Assembly (NCBI RefSeq): GCF_011045215.1
Contig: NZ_CP049201.1
Length of the DNA stretch: 64,000 nucleotides
Origin: Escherichia coli
GTDB lineage: Bacteria > Pseudomonadota > Gammaproteobacteria > Enterobacterales > Enterobacteriaceae
Strand: one strand, 5' to 3'
Shown here in pieces: positions 42,194 through 53,845 of this stretch (positions are counted from its first letter, which is position 1; each line of letters starts with the position of its first letter). The notes under the pieces were generated by a model that made no database searches, was not told the DNA's origin, and saw nothing but the letters and a program-made list of their open reading frames with translations. The position numbers were made by a program, and so were the translations under genes.

Positions 42194-42232
42194 ACCCATA
42201 ATTGCAGGAAATAATTATGGGTTTATCATTTA
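42194..42232 (+). terminator. Rho-independent terminator candidate after entF
   Basis: Stem aaacccataatt / aattatgggttt followed by a T-rich tract. Confidence 0.6.
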
Positions 42233-42391
42233 TATAATTTATAAGTTTGCTGGTTCTTTTTCTTAAATAGAGTGAATGTTGCATTCAGTGGAATGAATTT
42301 ACAAACTTCAGCTTCGGATAATTCTCACCAGCTGGTAAAGTGAGCGCCGTGGAGATTTCCCCCTATTGGACTCATTTTCAGGTTATACCCC

Positions 42392-43525
42392 ATGTCATCA
42401 CTGAATATTAAACAGGGAAGTGACGCTCATTTTCCCGATTATCCTCTGGCGTCGCCCAGTAATAATGAAATTGATTTACTTAATCTAATCTCAGTTTTAT
42501 GGCGGGCCAAAAAAACGGTCATGGCGGTCGTTTTTGCGTTTGCCTGCGCAGGCTTGCTGATCTCTTTCATCCTGCCGCAAAAATGGACCAGCGCGGCGGT
42601 TGTCACGCCTCCAGAACCTGTTCAGTGGCAAGAGTTGGAGAAAACATTCACTAAGCTTCGTGTGCTGGATCTGGATATCAAAATTGATCGTACAGAAGCA
42701 TTTAACCTGTTTATCAAGAAGTTTCAGTCGGTTAGCTTGCTGGAAGAGTACCTGCGTTCATCACCTTATGTGATGGACCAATTAAAAGAGGCGAAAATCG
42801 ACGAACTGGATTTGCATCGCGCAATTGTCGCATTGAGCGAAAAAATGAAAGCGGTTGATGACAATGCCAGTAAGAAAAAAGATGAACCGTCACTGTATAC
42901 CTCCTGGACGCTAAGTTTTACCGCGCCAACCAGTGAAGAGGCGCAGACCGTTTTGTGCGGGTATATCGATTATATCTCTGCGTTGGTGGTGAAAGAGTCG
43001 CTAGAAAACGTCCGTAATAAGCTGGAGATCAAAACCCAGTTTGAAAAAGAAAAACTGGCTCAGGATCGCATTAAAACGAAAAATCAACTTGATGCAAACA
43101 TTCAGCGCCTCAATTATTCACTCGACATTGCCAACGCGGCAGGAATTAAAAAGCCCGTATACAGTAATGGTCAGGCCGTTAAAGATGACCCCGATTTCTC
43201 TATTTCTCTCGGCGCAGACGGTATTGAACGCAAACTGGAAATTGAAAAAGCGGTTACTGACGTTGCGGAACTGAATGGTGAATTACGTAATCGTCAGTAT
43301 CTTGTCGAGCAATTAACAAAAGCAAATGTCAACGATGTGAATTTTACGCCGTTTAAATATCAGTTAAGTCCGTCATTGCCAGTGAAAAAAGACGGTCCGG
43401 GTAAGGCGATTATTGTGATCCTTTCCGCGTTGATCGGCGGGATGGTGGCTTGTGGTGGTGTGCTGTTGCGTCATGCGATGGCATCCAGAAAACAGGATGC
43501 CATGATGGCAGACCACTTAGTTTAA
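42392..43525 (+). CDS. fepE: Wzz-family polysaccharide co-polymerase FepE (very-long O-antigen chain-length regulator)
   Basis: 377-aa product MSSLNIKQGSDAHFPDYPLASPSNNEIDLLNLISVLWRAKKTVMAVVFAFACAGLLISF... Confidence 0.9.
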   Translation: MSSLNIKQGSDAHFPDYPLASPSNNEIDLLNLISVLWRAKKTVMAVVFAFACAGLLISFILPQKWTSAAVVTPPEPVQWQELEKTFTKLRVLDLDIKIDRTEAFNLFIKKFQSVSLLEEYLRSSPYVMDQLKEAKIDELDLHRAIVALSEKMKAVDDNASKKKDEPSLYTSWTLSFTAPTSEEAQTVLCGYIDYISALVVKESLENVRNKLEIKTQFEKEKLAQDRIKTKNQLDANIQRLNYSLDIANAAGIKKPVYSNGQAVKDDPDFSISLGADGIERKLEIEKAVTDVAELNGELRNRQYLVEQLTKANVNDVNFTPFKYQLSPSLPVKKDGPGKAIIVILSALIGGMVACGGVLLRHAMASRKQDAMMADHLV

Positions 43526-44337
43526 ATCTTTGCGGTTGAAGGTGCCGTTCGTCCGAGCGGCACCACAAGCGGCGTTCCGGCTACCGGATCGTCAATAATC
43601 ATGCAGCGTAGACCATAAATGCGCTCGATCAATTCAGCAGTGATAATCTCCTTCGGCGCTCCCTGAGCAACAATTTTCCCTTCCCGCAACGCAATCAAAT
43701 GGCTGGCGTAACGACAGGCCTGATTAAGATCGTGCAGCACTGCCGCCAGGGTATAGCCTTTCTCACGGTTCAGTTCGCTTAACAGTTCCAGGAGATCAAT
43801 CTGATGACTGATATCCAGCCAGGTCGTGGGTTCATCGAGCAGCATAATTGCCGTTTCCTGGGCCAGCACCATCGCGATCCACGTTCGCTGGCGTTGTCCG
43901 CCAGAAAGGGTATCCACGCTTTGATCTGCCAGATGAGTTATTCCCGTGGCCTGCATCGCTTTCGTTACCGCTTCTTCATCCTCTTTGCGCCAGCGGGTAA
44001 ACAGCGGTTGATGCGGGTAACGCCCACGCGCCACCAGCTCCTGCACGGTGATATCGCCCGGCGTGGTAGCATTTTGCGCCAAAAGACCAATCCGGCGTGC
44101 AACTTCTTTACTGGCGTAATGTTGAATGTGCTCGCCATCCAGCCAGACATGCCCATGAGCAGGCGTCATCAGGCGGCTTAAGGTACGCAGTAACGTGGAT
44201 TTACCGCAGCCATTTGGCCCGATAATTGCCGTGAAGTGACCATCAGGTATTTCTACAGTCAGATTTTCCGCAACGGTATATTTGCCATATCCCAGGGTTA
44301 ACTGTTCGCCGCGCAAACGGGCTACAGATTCGGTCAT
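43522..44337 (-). CDS. fepC: Ferric-enterobactin ABC transporter ATPase FepC
   Basis: 271-aa product from MTESVARLRGEQLTLGYGKYTVAENLTVEIPDGHFTAIIGPNGCGKSTLL...; Walker A and LSGGQRQR signature. The track ORF extends 47 codons upstream. Confidence 0.9.
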   Translation of the reverse strand: MTESVARLRGEQLTLGYGKYTVAENLTVEIPDGHFTAIIGPNGCGKSTLLRTLSRLMTPAHGHVWLDGEHIQHYASKEVARRIGLLAQNATTPGDITVQELVARGRYPHQPLFTRWRKEDEEAVTKAMQATGITHLADQSVDTLSGGQRQRTWIAMVLAQETAIMLLDEPTTWLDISHQIDLLELLSELNREKGYTLAAVLHDLNQACRYASHLIALREGKIVAQGAPKEIITAELIERIYGLRCMIIDDPVAGTPLVVPLGRTAPSTAKI

Positions 44338-45326
44338 TTTTTGCGAGACTCCTGAATTAACAAGACGATAAGGTAAATACCGCCGAGGCTGACGGTAACG
44401 ACGCCAACCGGAAGTTGATACGGCATAAACAGTTGTTGGGCGCAGAGATCGGCCGCCAGCAGTAACAACGCTCCGCACAGCGCCGCCTGGGTCAGCCCCC
44501 AGCGAGCGGTGCCGCTAATGCGTCGGGCAATGTGCGGCGCGACTAAAGCAATAAAGGAAATCGGCCCGGCAAGCGCCGTTGCCGCAGCGGTAAGCACCAC
44601 TGCAACCAGCATCATTAACAGACGCGAACGTTCGACGCTGACGCCCAGCGCGCAGGCGGTATCATCGCCCATCTCCAGCAAGCGCATTCGCCGCACCAGC
44701 AAGGCGGCGGCAATTAGCATCAATATAATGATGGGTGCGGAAGGCGAAGTTTTTGCCCACGTCAGGCCATTGAGCGATCCGGCATTCCACAAACCCGCTG
44801 TTAGCGCCGTTTCTAAAGACGCTTTCAGCAACAGCCAGGTATTAAAGGCCACCAGCATGGCGCGAACGCCGATACCGATAATAATCAACCGAAAGGTGTC
44901 GATGCCGTTGCGCCAGGCGAGCAGCCAGACCAGCAGCGAAGTGACAATGCCGCCCACCATTGCTGACAGCGCGATAGCCGTCAGGTCCTGACCAAACAGC
45001 ACCATCGCCACCAGCACGCCGCTCCACGCCCCGGTGTTAAAGCCCATTACGTCAGGGCTACCGAGCGGGTTACGCATCAGCGACTGAAAAATTGCGCCGC
45101 TGACGCCCAACGCCGCGCCAATCAACAGCGCCATCAGCACGCGTGGTAAACGCCATTCGGTGACTACCATCGTCATACTGCGCGGCGCATCGCCCATCAG
45201 CGCGGCGAATACCTGCGAGGTTTCCAGCGTGACGGCACCGCTGCGTAATCCCCAGATACCTGCAACCACACAGGCGGAAATCAGCAGCAAACAGGTGATG
45301 AGTAATCGGCGAGAGACGTAAATCAT
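44334..45326 (-). CDS. fepG: Ferric-enterobactin ABC transporter permease FepG
   Basis: 330-aa product MIYVSRRLLITCLLLISACVVAGIWGLRSGAVTLETSQVFAAL... Confidence 0.9.
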   Translation of the reverse strand: MIYVSRRLLITCLLLISACVVAGIWGLRSGAVTLETSQVFAALMGDAPRSMTMVVTEWRLPRVLMALLIGAALGVSGAIFQSLMRNPLGSPDVMGFNTGAWSGVLVAMVLFGQDLTAIALSAMVGGIVTSLLVWLLAWRNGIDTFRLIIIGIGVRAMLVAFNTWLLLKASLETALTAGLWNAGSLNGLTWAKTSPSAPIIILMLIAAALLVRRMRLLEMGDDTACALGVSVERSRLLMMLVAVVLTAAATALAGPISFIALVAPHIARRISGTARWGLTQAALCGALLLLAADLCAQQLFMPYQLPVGVVTVSLGGIYLIVLLIQESRKK

Positions 45327-46327
45327 GCACCACCTCGCGTTTTACGTCGCACGAGGAAGATTAGCACCGGTGCACCAATAAACGCACTGACCACAGAAAC
45401 GCGCAGCTCGCCGGGCACAATCACCCGCCCGATGATATCGGCAAACAGCAGCAGGGCAGGGGTAGCAAGTAGCGTGACGGGCAGCGACCAGCGATGATCG
45501 GCACCCACCAGCCAACGCGCCATATGCGGCATCATCAGGCCAATAAAGGCAATCGGGCCAACTACTGCCGTCGCACTACCACAAAGCACGGTAATCGCCA
45601 GCAGACCAATCAACTGTGTGCGCGCCACGCGACTGCCCAGCGCCGTCGCGGTGTCGCTGCCGAGGCTCAAACTGTTCAGCGCGCGGCTCAGTAATAGCGC
45701 AGTTGCTCCGGCGATCAGCACCGGGATCAGCACCACTTTTAAGGTATGTAGATTGCGAATATCCAGCGAACCGGCTTGCCAGAGACGCAGTTGATCGTAG
45801 ACGTCAGGATTAAGCAGGGCGATGCCGCTGGTCAGCCCTTCAAGCACCGCCGCCAGCGCCACGCCCGCCAGGGTTAAACGCACCGGACTTAACTGCCCGC
45901 CGCCCTGGCTGCCGGTAAAGGCAACAATCAACGAGGCCACCAGCGCCCCGGCGAAGGCCATCGCCAGTTGTTCCTGTGCGGAAGAGTAACCAAACAGCGC
46001 CGCACCCAGCACAATGGCAAAGCTGGCTCCGGCGTTCACGCCAAGCAAGCCGGGGTCGGCAAGTGGGTTTCGGGTGAGGGTTTGCATTAACGCCCCGGCA
46101 AGGCCAAGCGCGCCGCCTGCCAGTAAACCGGCAAGGGTACGCGGCAGCCGCGCGTCGAGCACGATGGTGCAGTCGGCGCTCTGGCAGGTGCCGGAGAAGG
46201 CCTCCAGCACTACGGAAGCGGGGAGTGATTTTGCCCCAATGAGCAGACTTAATGCCGTCGCGATAATCAGTAATAACAGCAATCCGGGCACGGCAATGGC
46301 GCGTGTCACGGCAACAGAACCAGACAT
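45323..46327 (-). CDS. fepD: Ferric-enterobactin ABC transporter permease FepD
   Basis: Product MSGSVAVTRAIAVPGLLLLLIIATALSLLIGAKSLPAS... with GGAAG upstream of this ATG; an in-frame ATG 4 codons upstream (46339) is the alternative start. Confidence 0.85.
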   Translation of the reverse strand: MSGSVAVTRAIAVPGLLLLLIIATALSLLIGAKSLPASVVLEAFSGTCQSADCTIVLDARLPRTLAGLLAGGALGLAGALMQTLTRNPLADPGLLGVNAGASFAIVLGAALFGYSSAQEQLAMAFAGALVASLIVAFTGSQGGGQLSPVRLTLAGVALAAVLEGLTSGIALLNPDVYDQLRLWQAGSLDIRNLHTLKVVLIPVLIAGATALLLSRALNSLSLGSDTATALGSRVARTQLIGLLAITVLCGSATAVVGPIAFIGLMMPHMARWLVGADHRWSLPVTLLATPALLLFADIIGRVIVPGELRVSVVSAFIGAPVLIFLVRRKTRGGA

Positions 46328-46339
46328 ACGAACTTCCAT

Positions 46340-46368
46340 GATAATGAAATTAATTATCGTTATCGATC
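46340..46368. promoter_or_regulatory. Fur box in the divergent fepDGC / entS promoter region
   Basis: gataatgaaattaattatcgttatcgat immediately upstream of the fepD start. Confidence 0.7.
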
Positions 46369-46437
46369 TTATTTGGATATGTTAGCATGTGCAGCCTAAG
46401 AATAGGTATTTAAAATATTTGATGGCAAGGCATTGTA

Positions 46438-47688
46438 ATGAATAAACAATCCTGGCTGCTTAACCTCAGCCTGTTGAAAACGCACCCGGCGTTTCGCGCA
46501 GTATTCCTCGCTCGTTTCATCTCTATTGTTTCTCTGGGTTTGCTCGGCGTCGCGGTGCCGGTGCAGATCCAGATGATGACACATTCCACCTGGCAGGTGG
46601 GGCTTTCGGTGACGCTGACCGGCGGCGCGATGTTTGTTGGCCTGATGGTCGGCGGTGTGCTGGCGGATCGCTATGAACGCAAAAAAGTGATTTTGCTGGC
46701 GCGCGGTACCTGTGGCATTGGCTTCATTGGATTGTGCCTTAATGCACTGCTGCCTGAACCGTCATTGCTGGCAATCTATTTACTTGGTTTATGGGATGGT
46801 TTTTTCGCATCGCTTGGCGTTACGGCGCTACTGGCGGCGACACCTGCACTGGTAGGGCGTGAAAACTTAATGCAGGCCGGGGCGATCACCATGTTGACCG
46901 TGCGTCTGGGGTCGGTGATTTCGCCCATGATTGGCGGTTTATTGCTGGCGACCGGTGGCGTAGCCTGGAACTACGGGCTGGCGGCGGCGGGCACGTTTAT
47001 TACCTTGCTACCGTTGTTAAGCCTTCCGGCGTTGCCACCGCCACCGCAGCCGCGTGAGCATCCGTTGAAATCATTACTGGCAGGATTTCGTTTTCTGCTC
47101 GCCAGCCCGCTGGTAGGAGGGATTGCGCTGCTGGGTGGTTTATTGACGATGGCGAGCGCGGTGCGGGTACTGTATCCGGCGCTGGCTGACAACTGGCAGA
47201 TGTCAGCGGCACAGATTGGTTTTCTCTACGCGGCGATCCCGCTCGGCGCGGCTATTGGCGCGTTAACCAGCGGGAAGCTGGCGCATAGCGCGCGACCAGG
47301 GTTATTGATGCTGCTCTCCACGCTGGGATCGTTCCTCGCCATTGGTCTGTTTGGCCTGATGCCGATGTGGATTTTAGGCGTGGTTTGTCTGGCGCTGTTC
47401 GGCTGGTTGAGTGCGGTCAGCTCGTTGCTGCAATACACAATGCTGCAAACGCAAACCCCGGAAGCGATGTTAGGGCGGATTAACGGTTTGTGGACGGCAC
47501 AAAACGTGACGGGCGATGCCATAGGCGCGGCGCTGCTGGGTGGTTTGGGAGCGATGATGACACCGGTTGCTTCCGCAAGCGCGAGCGGTTTTGGTTTATT
47601 GATTATCGGCGTGTTGTTATTGCTGGTGCTGGTGGAGTTGCGACGTTTTCGCCAGACGCCGCCGCAGGTGACAGCGTCTGACGGTTAA
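46438..47688 (+). CDS. entS: Enterobactin exporter EntS (MFS)
   Basis: 416-aa product [50 protein letters not shown]... Confidence 0.95.
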   Translation: MNKQSWLLNLSLLKTHPAFRAVFLARFISIVSLGLLGVAVPVQIQMMTHSTWQVGLSVTLTGGAMFVGLMVGGVLADRYERKKVILLARGTCGIGFIGLCLNALLPEPSLLAIYLLGLWDGFFASLGVTALLAATPALVGRENLMQAGAITMLTVRLGSVISPMIGGLLLATGGVAWNYGLAAAGTFITLLPLLSLPALPPPPQPREHPLKSLLAGFRFLLASPLVGGIALLGGLLTMASAVRVLYPALADNWQMSAAQIGFLYAAIPLGAAIGALTSGKLAHSARPGLLMLLSTLGSFLAIGLFGLMPMWILGVVCLALFGWLSAVSSLLQYTMLQTQTPEAMLGRINGLWTAQNVTGDAIGAALLGGLGAMMTPVASASASGFGLLIIGVLLLLVLVELRRFRQTPPQVTASDG

Positions 47689-47691
47689 TGC

Positions 47692-48648
47692 TTAAAACAG
47701 CGCCTTAAGTCGTTCCAGCACTTGCATGGCGCTGTAGTAATCCAGACGGAACGTCTCGGTTCCCAGCGCATAAACCTGCTTGTTTTGTACTGCAGGCAGG
47801 TGCGCGAGCAGCGGATTAGCATAAATAGCATCGGCATCTTTCTGATCACCGGCGAACAGGAATAGTGACTCGCCATTTAACCCTGCAGCCAGATTTTCCC
47901 CACCAAGCTGAATGATGTCATGGCGTTTACCCTGGCTTTGGCTGGCATTTAACCCTGCGGGTAACTTCGCCAGCGTAAAGCCGAGTTGTTCCAGCATCTG
48001 CCCTTGTGCTGATTCCGGCGTCCAGAGATTGGCACTGTGTGCAGCGGCAGTATAGACAATGGCAGTGACCGGCTGCGGCGGTAATTTGATTTGCTCTTTC
48101 GCCGCCGCCAGTTGCTTATCAAACTGCGCAATCCGCTCTGCCGCTTGTTTCTCATGCCCGGTAATTTCGCCAAGTTGCGTTAACAGCGCCTGCCAGCTTT
48201 TGTCGTCGTAATTGATGATTAATGTCGGGGCGATGGTGGAAAGCTGATCATACAGCGCCAGCGCCGAATCCCCGCCGGTTGCGCTAATTAAAATCAGATC
48301 CGGCATTTGCGCGGCAACGGCTTCGGCGCTCGGTTCGCCGATATAGAGCCGTTGCAGTTTGCGTTCTTTCGCCACCTTGCTCCACTGGCGTAAAAAGCCC
48401 TGGTCATCCGCGACGCGGTTATTCGGCGTGGTCGCGCCGCTGGCGATCACCGGAGCATCAATCGCCAGCAGTGAGCCGGTCAGGGTGACGCTGGTGGAAA
48501 CAATACGCTGCGGCTGGCTTTCCAGGGTATGAGTGCCACGGCTGTCAGTAATCTGACGCGGCCAGTCGGCGGCCTGAACTGCGGCTATTCCTGAAAACAA
48601 AAGTCCTGTTAATAGAAGGGCATTGCGGTAGAGCGGGGCGAGTCTCAC
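47692..48648 (-). CDS. fepB: Periplasmic ferric-enterobactin binding protein FepB
   Basis: 318-aa product [46 protein letters not shown]... Confidence 0.95.
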   Translation of the reverse strand: MRLAPLYRNALLLTGLLFSGIAAVQAADWPRQITDSRGTHTLESQPQRIVSTSVTLTGSLLAIDAPVIASGATTPNNRVADDQGFLRQWSKVAKERKLQRLYIGEPSAEAVAAQMPDLILISATGGDSALALYDQLSTIAPTLIINYDDKSWQALLTQLGEITGHEKQAAERIAQFDKQLAAAKEQIKLPPQPVTAIVYTAAAHSANLWTPESAQGQMLEQLGFTLAKLPAGLNASQSQGKRHDIIQLGGENLAAGLNGESLFLFAGDQKDADAIYANPLLAHLPAVQNKQVYALGTETFRLDYYSAMQVLERLKALF

Positions 48649-48788
48649 AAATCAGCTTCCTGTTATTAATGAAGTTAATGCTTCTCATTTTCATTATAAC
48701 CACAACCAGATGCAACCCCGAGTTGCAGATTGCGTTACCTCAAGAGTTGACATAGTGCGCGTTTGCTTTTAGGTTAGCGACCGAAAAT

Positions 48789-48809
48789 ATAAATGATAAT
48801 CATTATTAA
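48789..48809. promoter_or_regulatory. Fur box in the divergent fepB / entCEBAH promoter region
   Basis: aaatgataatcattatt is a near-consensus Fur box about 30 nt upstream of entC; a second weaker match lies near 48680-48705. Confidence 0.8.
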
Positions 48810-48836
48810 AGCCTTTATCATTTTGTGGAGGATGAT

Positions 48837-50012
48837 ATGGATACGTCACTGGCTGAGGAAGTACAGCAGACCATGGCAACACTTGCGCCCAATCGCTTTT
48901 TCTTTATGTCGCCGTACCGCAGTTTTACGACGTCAGGATGTTTCGCCCGCTTCGATGAACCGGCTGTGAACGGGGATTCGCCCGACAGTCCCTTCCAGCA
49001 AAAACTCGCCGCGCTGTTTGCCGATGCCAAAGCGCAGGGCATCAAAAATCCGGTGATGGTCGGGGCGATTCCTTTCGATCCACGTCAGCCTTCGTCGCTG
49101 TATATTCCTGAATCCTGGCAGTCGTTCTCCCGTCAGGAAAAACAAGCTTCCGCACGCCGTTTCACCCGCAGCCAGTCGCTGAACGTGGTGGAACGCCAGG
49201 CAATTCCGGAGCAAACCACGTTTGAACAGATGGTTGCCCGCGCCGCCGCACTTACCGCCACGCCGCAGGTCGACAAAGTGGTGTTGTCACGGTTGATTGA
49301 TATCACCACTGACGCCGCCATTGATAGTGGCGTATTGCTGGAACGGTTGATTGCGCAAAACCCGGTTAGTTACAACTTCCATGTCCCGCTGGCAGATGGT
49401 GGCGTTCTGCTGGGGGCCAGCCCGGAACTGCTGCTACGTAAAGACGGTGAGCGTTTTAGCTCCATTCCGTTAGCCGGTTCCGCACGTCGTCAGCCGGATG
49501 AAGTGCTCGATCGCGAAGCGGGTAATCGTCTGCTGGCGTCAGAAAAAGATCGCCATGAACATGAACTGGTGACTCAGGCGATGAAAGAGGTACTGCGCGA
49601 ACGCAGTAGTGAGTTACACGTTCCCTCCTCTCCACAATTGATTACCACGCCGACGCTGTGGCATCTCGCAACTCCCTTTGAAGGTAAAGCGAATTCGCAA
49701 GAAAACGCACTGACTCTGGCCTGTCTGCTGCATCCGACCCCCGCGCTGAGCGGTTTCCCACATCAGGCCGCGACCCAGGTTATTGCTGAACTGGAGCCGT
49801 TCGACCGCGAACTGTTTGGCGGCATTGTGGGTTGGTGTGACAGCGAAGGTAACGGCGAATGGGTGGTGACCATCCGCTGCGCGAAGCTGCGGGAAAATCA
49901 GGTGCGTCTGTTTGCCGGAGCGGGGATTGTGCCTGCGTCGTCACCGTTGGGTGAGTGGCGCGAAACAGGCGTCAAACTTTCTACCATGTTGAACGTTTTT
50001 GGATTGCATTAA
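48837..50012 (+). CDS. entC: Isochorismate synthase EntC
   Basis: 391-aa product from [39 protein letters not shown]... (the track ORF starts 4 codons upstream). Confidence 0.95.
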
Positions 50013-50021
50013 GGAGCGAGG

Positions 50022-51632
50022 ATGAGCATTCCATTCACCCGCTGGCCGGAAGAGTTTGCCCGTCGCTATCGGGAAAAAGGCTACTGGCAGGATTTGCCGC
50101 TGACCGACATTCTGACTTGCCACGCTGCGAGTGACAGCATCGCGGTTATCGACGGCGAGCGACAGTTGAGTTACCGGGAGCTGAATCAGGCGGCGGATAA
50201 CCTCGCGTGTAGTTTACGCCGTCAGGGCATTAAACCTGGTGAAACCGCGCTGGTACAACTGGGTAACGTCGCTGAACTTTACATTACCTTTTTCGCACTG
50301 CTGAAACTGGGCGTTGCGCCGGTGCTGGCGCTGTTCAGCCATCAGCGTAGTGAACTGAACGCCTATGCCAGCCAGATTGAACCGGTGTTACTGATTGCCG
50401 ATCGCCAACATGCGCTGTTTAGCGGGGATGATTTCCTCAATACTTTCGTCACAGAACATTCCTCCATTCGCGTGGTGCAACTGCTCAACGACAGCGGTGA
50501 GCATAACTTGCAGGATGCGATTAACCATCCGGCTGAGGATTTTACTGCCACACCGTCACCTGCTGATGAAGTGGCCTATTTCCAGCTTTCCGGCGGCACC
50601 ACCGGCACACCGAAACTGATCCCGCGCACTCATAACGACTACTACTACAGCGTGCGTCGTAGCGTCGAGATTTGTCAGTTCACACAACAGACACGCTACC
50701 TGTGCGCGATCCCGGCGGCTCATAACTACGCCATGAGTTCGCCAGGATCGCTGGGCGTCTTTCTTGCCGGAGGAACGGTTGTTCTGGCGGCCGATCCCAG
50801 CGCCACGCTCTGTTTCCCATTGATTGAAAAACATCAGGTTAACGTTACCGCGCTGGTGCCACCCGCAGTCAGCCTGTGGTTGCAGGCGCTGACCGAAGGC
50901 GAAAGCCGGGCGCAGCTTGTCTCGCTGAAACTGTTACAGGTCGGCGGCGCACGTCTTTCTGCCACCCTTGCGGCGCGTATTCCCGCTGAGATTGGCTGCC
51001 AGTTGCAGCAGGTGTTTGGTATGGCGGAAGGGCTGGTGAACTATACCCGTCTTGATGATAGCGCGGAGAAAATTATCCATACCCAGGGTTACCCAATGTG
51101 TCCGGATGACGAAGTATGGGTTGCCGATGCCGAAGGAAATCCACTGCCGCAAGGGGAAGTCGGACGACTGATGACGCGCGGGCCGTATACCTTCCGTGGC
51201 TATTACAAAAGCCCGCAGCACAATGCCAGCGCCTTTGATGCCAATGGTTTTTACTGTTCCGGCGATCTGATCTCTATTGATCCAGAGGGTTACATCACCG
51301 TGCAGGGGCGCGAGAAAGATCAGATCAACCGTGGCGGCGAGAAGATCGCTGCCGAAGAGATCGAAAACCTGTTACTGCGCCATCCGGCGGTGATCTACGC
51401 CGCACTGGTCAGTATGGAAGATGAGCTGATGGGCGAAAAAAGCTGTGCTTATCTGGTGGTAAAAGAGCCGCTTCGCGCGGTGCAGGTGCGTCGTTTCCTG
51501 CGTGAACAGGGTATTGCCGAATTTAAATTACCGGATCGCGTGGAGTGTGTGGATTCACTTCCGCTGACGGCGGTCGGGAAAGTCGATAAAAAACAATTAC
51601 GTCAGTGGCTGGCGTCACGCGCATCAGCCTGA
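50022..51632 (+). CDS. entE: 2,3-dihydroxybenzoate-AMP ligase EntE
   Basis: 536-aa product [31 protein letters not shown]...; adenylation motifs SGGTTGTPK and YCSGD. Confidence 0.95.
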   Translation: MSIPFTRWPEEFARRYREKGYWQDLPLTDILTCHAASDSIAVIDGERQLSYRELNQAADNLACSLRRQGIKPGETALVQLGNVAELYITFFALLKLGVAPVLALFSHQRSELNAYASQIEPVLLIADRQHALFSGDDFLNTFVTEHSSIRVVQLLNDSGEHNLQDAINHPAEDFTATPSPADEVAYFQLSGGTTGTPKLIPRTHNDYYYSVRRSVEICQFTQQTRYLCAIPAAHNYAMSSPGSLGVFLAGGTVVLAADPSATLCFPLIEKHQVNVTALVPPAVSLWLQALTEGESRAQLVSLKLLQVGGARLSATLAARIPAEIGCQLQQVFGMAEGLVNYTRLDDSAEKIIHTQGYPMCPDDEVWVADAEGNPLPQGEVGRLMTRGPYTFRGYYKSPQHNASAFDANGFYCSGDLISIDPEGYITVQGREKDQINRGGEKIAAEEIENLLLRHPAVIYAALVSMEDELMGEKSCAYLVVKEPLRAVQVRRFLREQGIAEFKLPDRVECVDSLPLTAVGKVDKKQLRQWLASRASA

Positions 51633-51645
51633 AGGAGAGAACACG

Positions 51646-52502
51646 ATGGCTATTCCAAAATTACAGGCTTACGCACTGCCGGAGTCTCACGATATTCCGC
51701 AGAATAAAGTTGACTGGGCCTTTGAACCGCAACGTGCCGCGTTGTTAATCCATGATATGCAGGACTATTTTGTCAGCTTCTGGGGCGAGAACTGCCCGAT
51801 GATGGAGCAGGTGATCGCGAATATTGCTGCGCTGCGCGACTACTGCAAACAGCACAATATCCCGGTTTATTACACCGCCCAGCCGAAAGAGCAGAGCGAT
51901 GAAGATCGGGCGCTGTTGAATGATATGTGGGGGCCGGGCCTGACCCGTTCGCCGGAACAGCAAAAGGTGGTGGATCGACTGACGCCAGATGCCGACGACA
52001 CGGTGCTGGTGAAGTGGCGCTACAGCGCGTTTCATCGTTCTCCGCTGGAGCAAATGCTCAAAGAGAGTGGACGTAACCAGCTGATTATTACCGGGGTATA
52101 TGCCCACATTGGCTGTATGACCACCGCAACCGACGCATTTATGCGCGATATTAAACCGTTTATGGTGGCGGATGCGCTGGCCGATTTCAGCCGTGACGAG
52201 CATTTGATGTCGCTGAAATATGTGGCCGGACGTTCTGGCCGGGTGGTGATGACCGAAGAATTACTGCCAGCACCTATCCCCGCCAGCAAAGCGGCGCTGC
52301 GTGAGGTGATCCTGCCGTTGCTGGACGAGTCCGATGAACCGTTCGATGACGACAACCTGATCGACTACGGTCTGGATTCGGTGCGCATGATGGCGCTGGC
52401 GGCGCGCTGGCGCAAAGTGCATGGCGATATCGACTTTGTCATGTTGGCGAAAAACCCGACCATCGACGCCTGGTGGAAGCTACTCTCCCGCGAGGTGAAA
52501 TA

Positions 52503-52503
<1 letters not shown>
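51646..52503 (+). CDS. entB: Isochorismatase / aryl carrier protein EntB
   Basis: 285-aa product MAIPKLQAYALPESHDIPQNKVDWAFEPQRAALLIHDMQDYFVSFWG...; C-terminal carrier motif GLDSVRMM. Confidence 0.95.
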
Positions 52504-53665
<1,162 letters not shown>

Positions 53666-53845
53666 ACCCGACAGAATTATATGAGATTGCAGGAAAACTC
53701 GGTTAACGGAGTGATCGAGTTAACATTGTTAAGTTAAATATTGGTTTCAACTCCGATTTACATGGTTGCTGTGTTGTTAAATCGTACAAAGATGTTATAG
53801 AAACAAAATGTAACATCTCTATGGACACGCACACGGATAACAACT

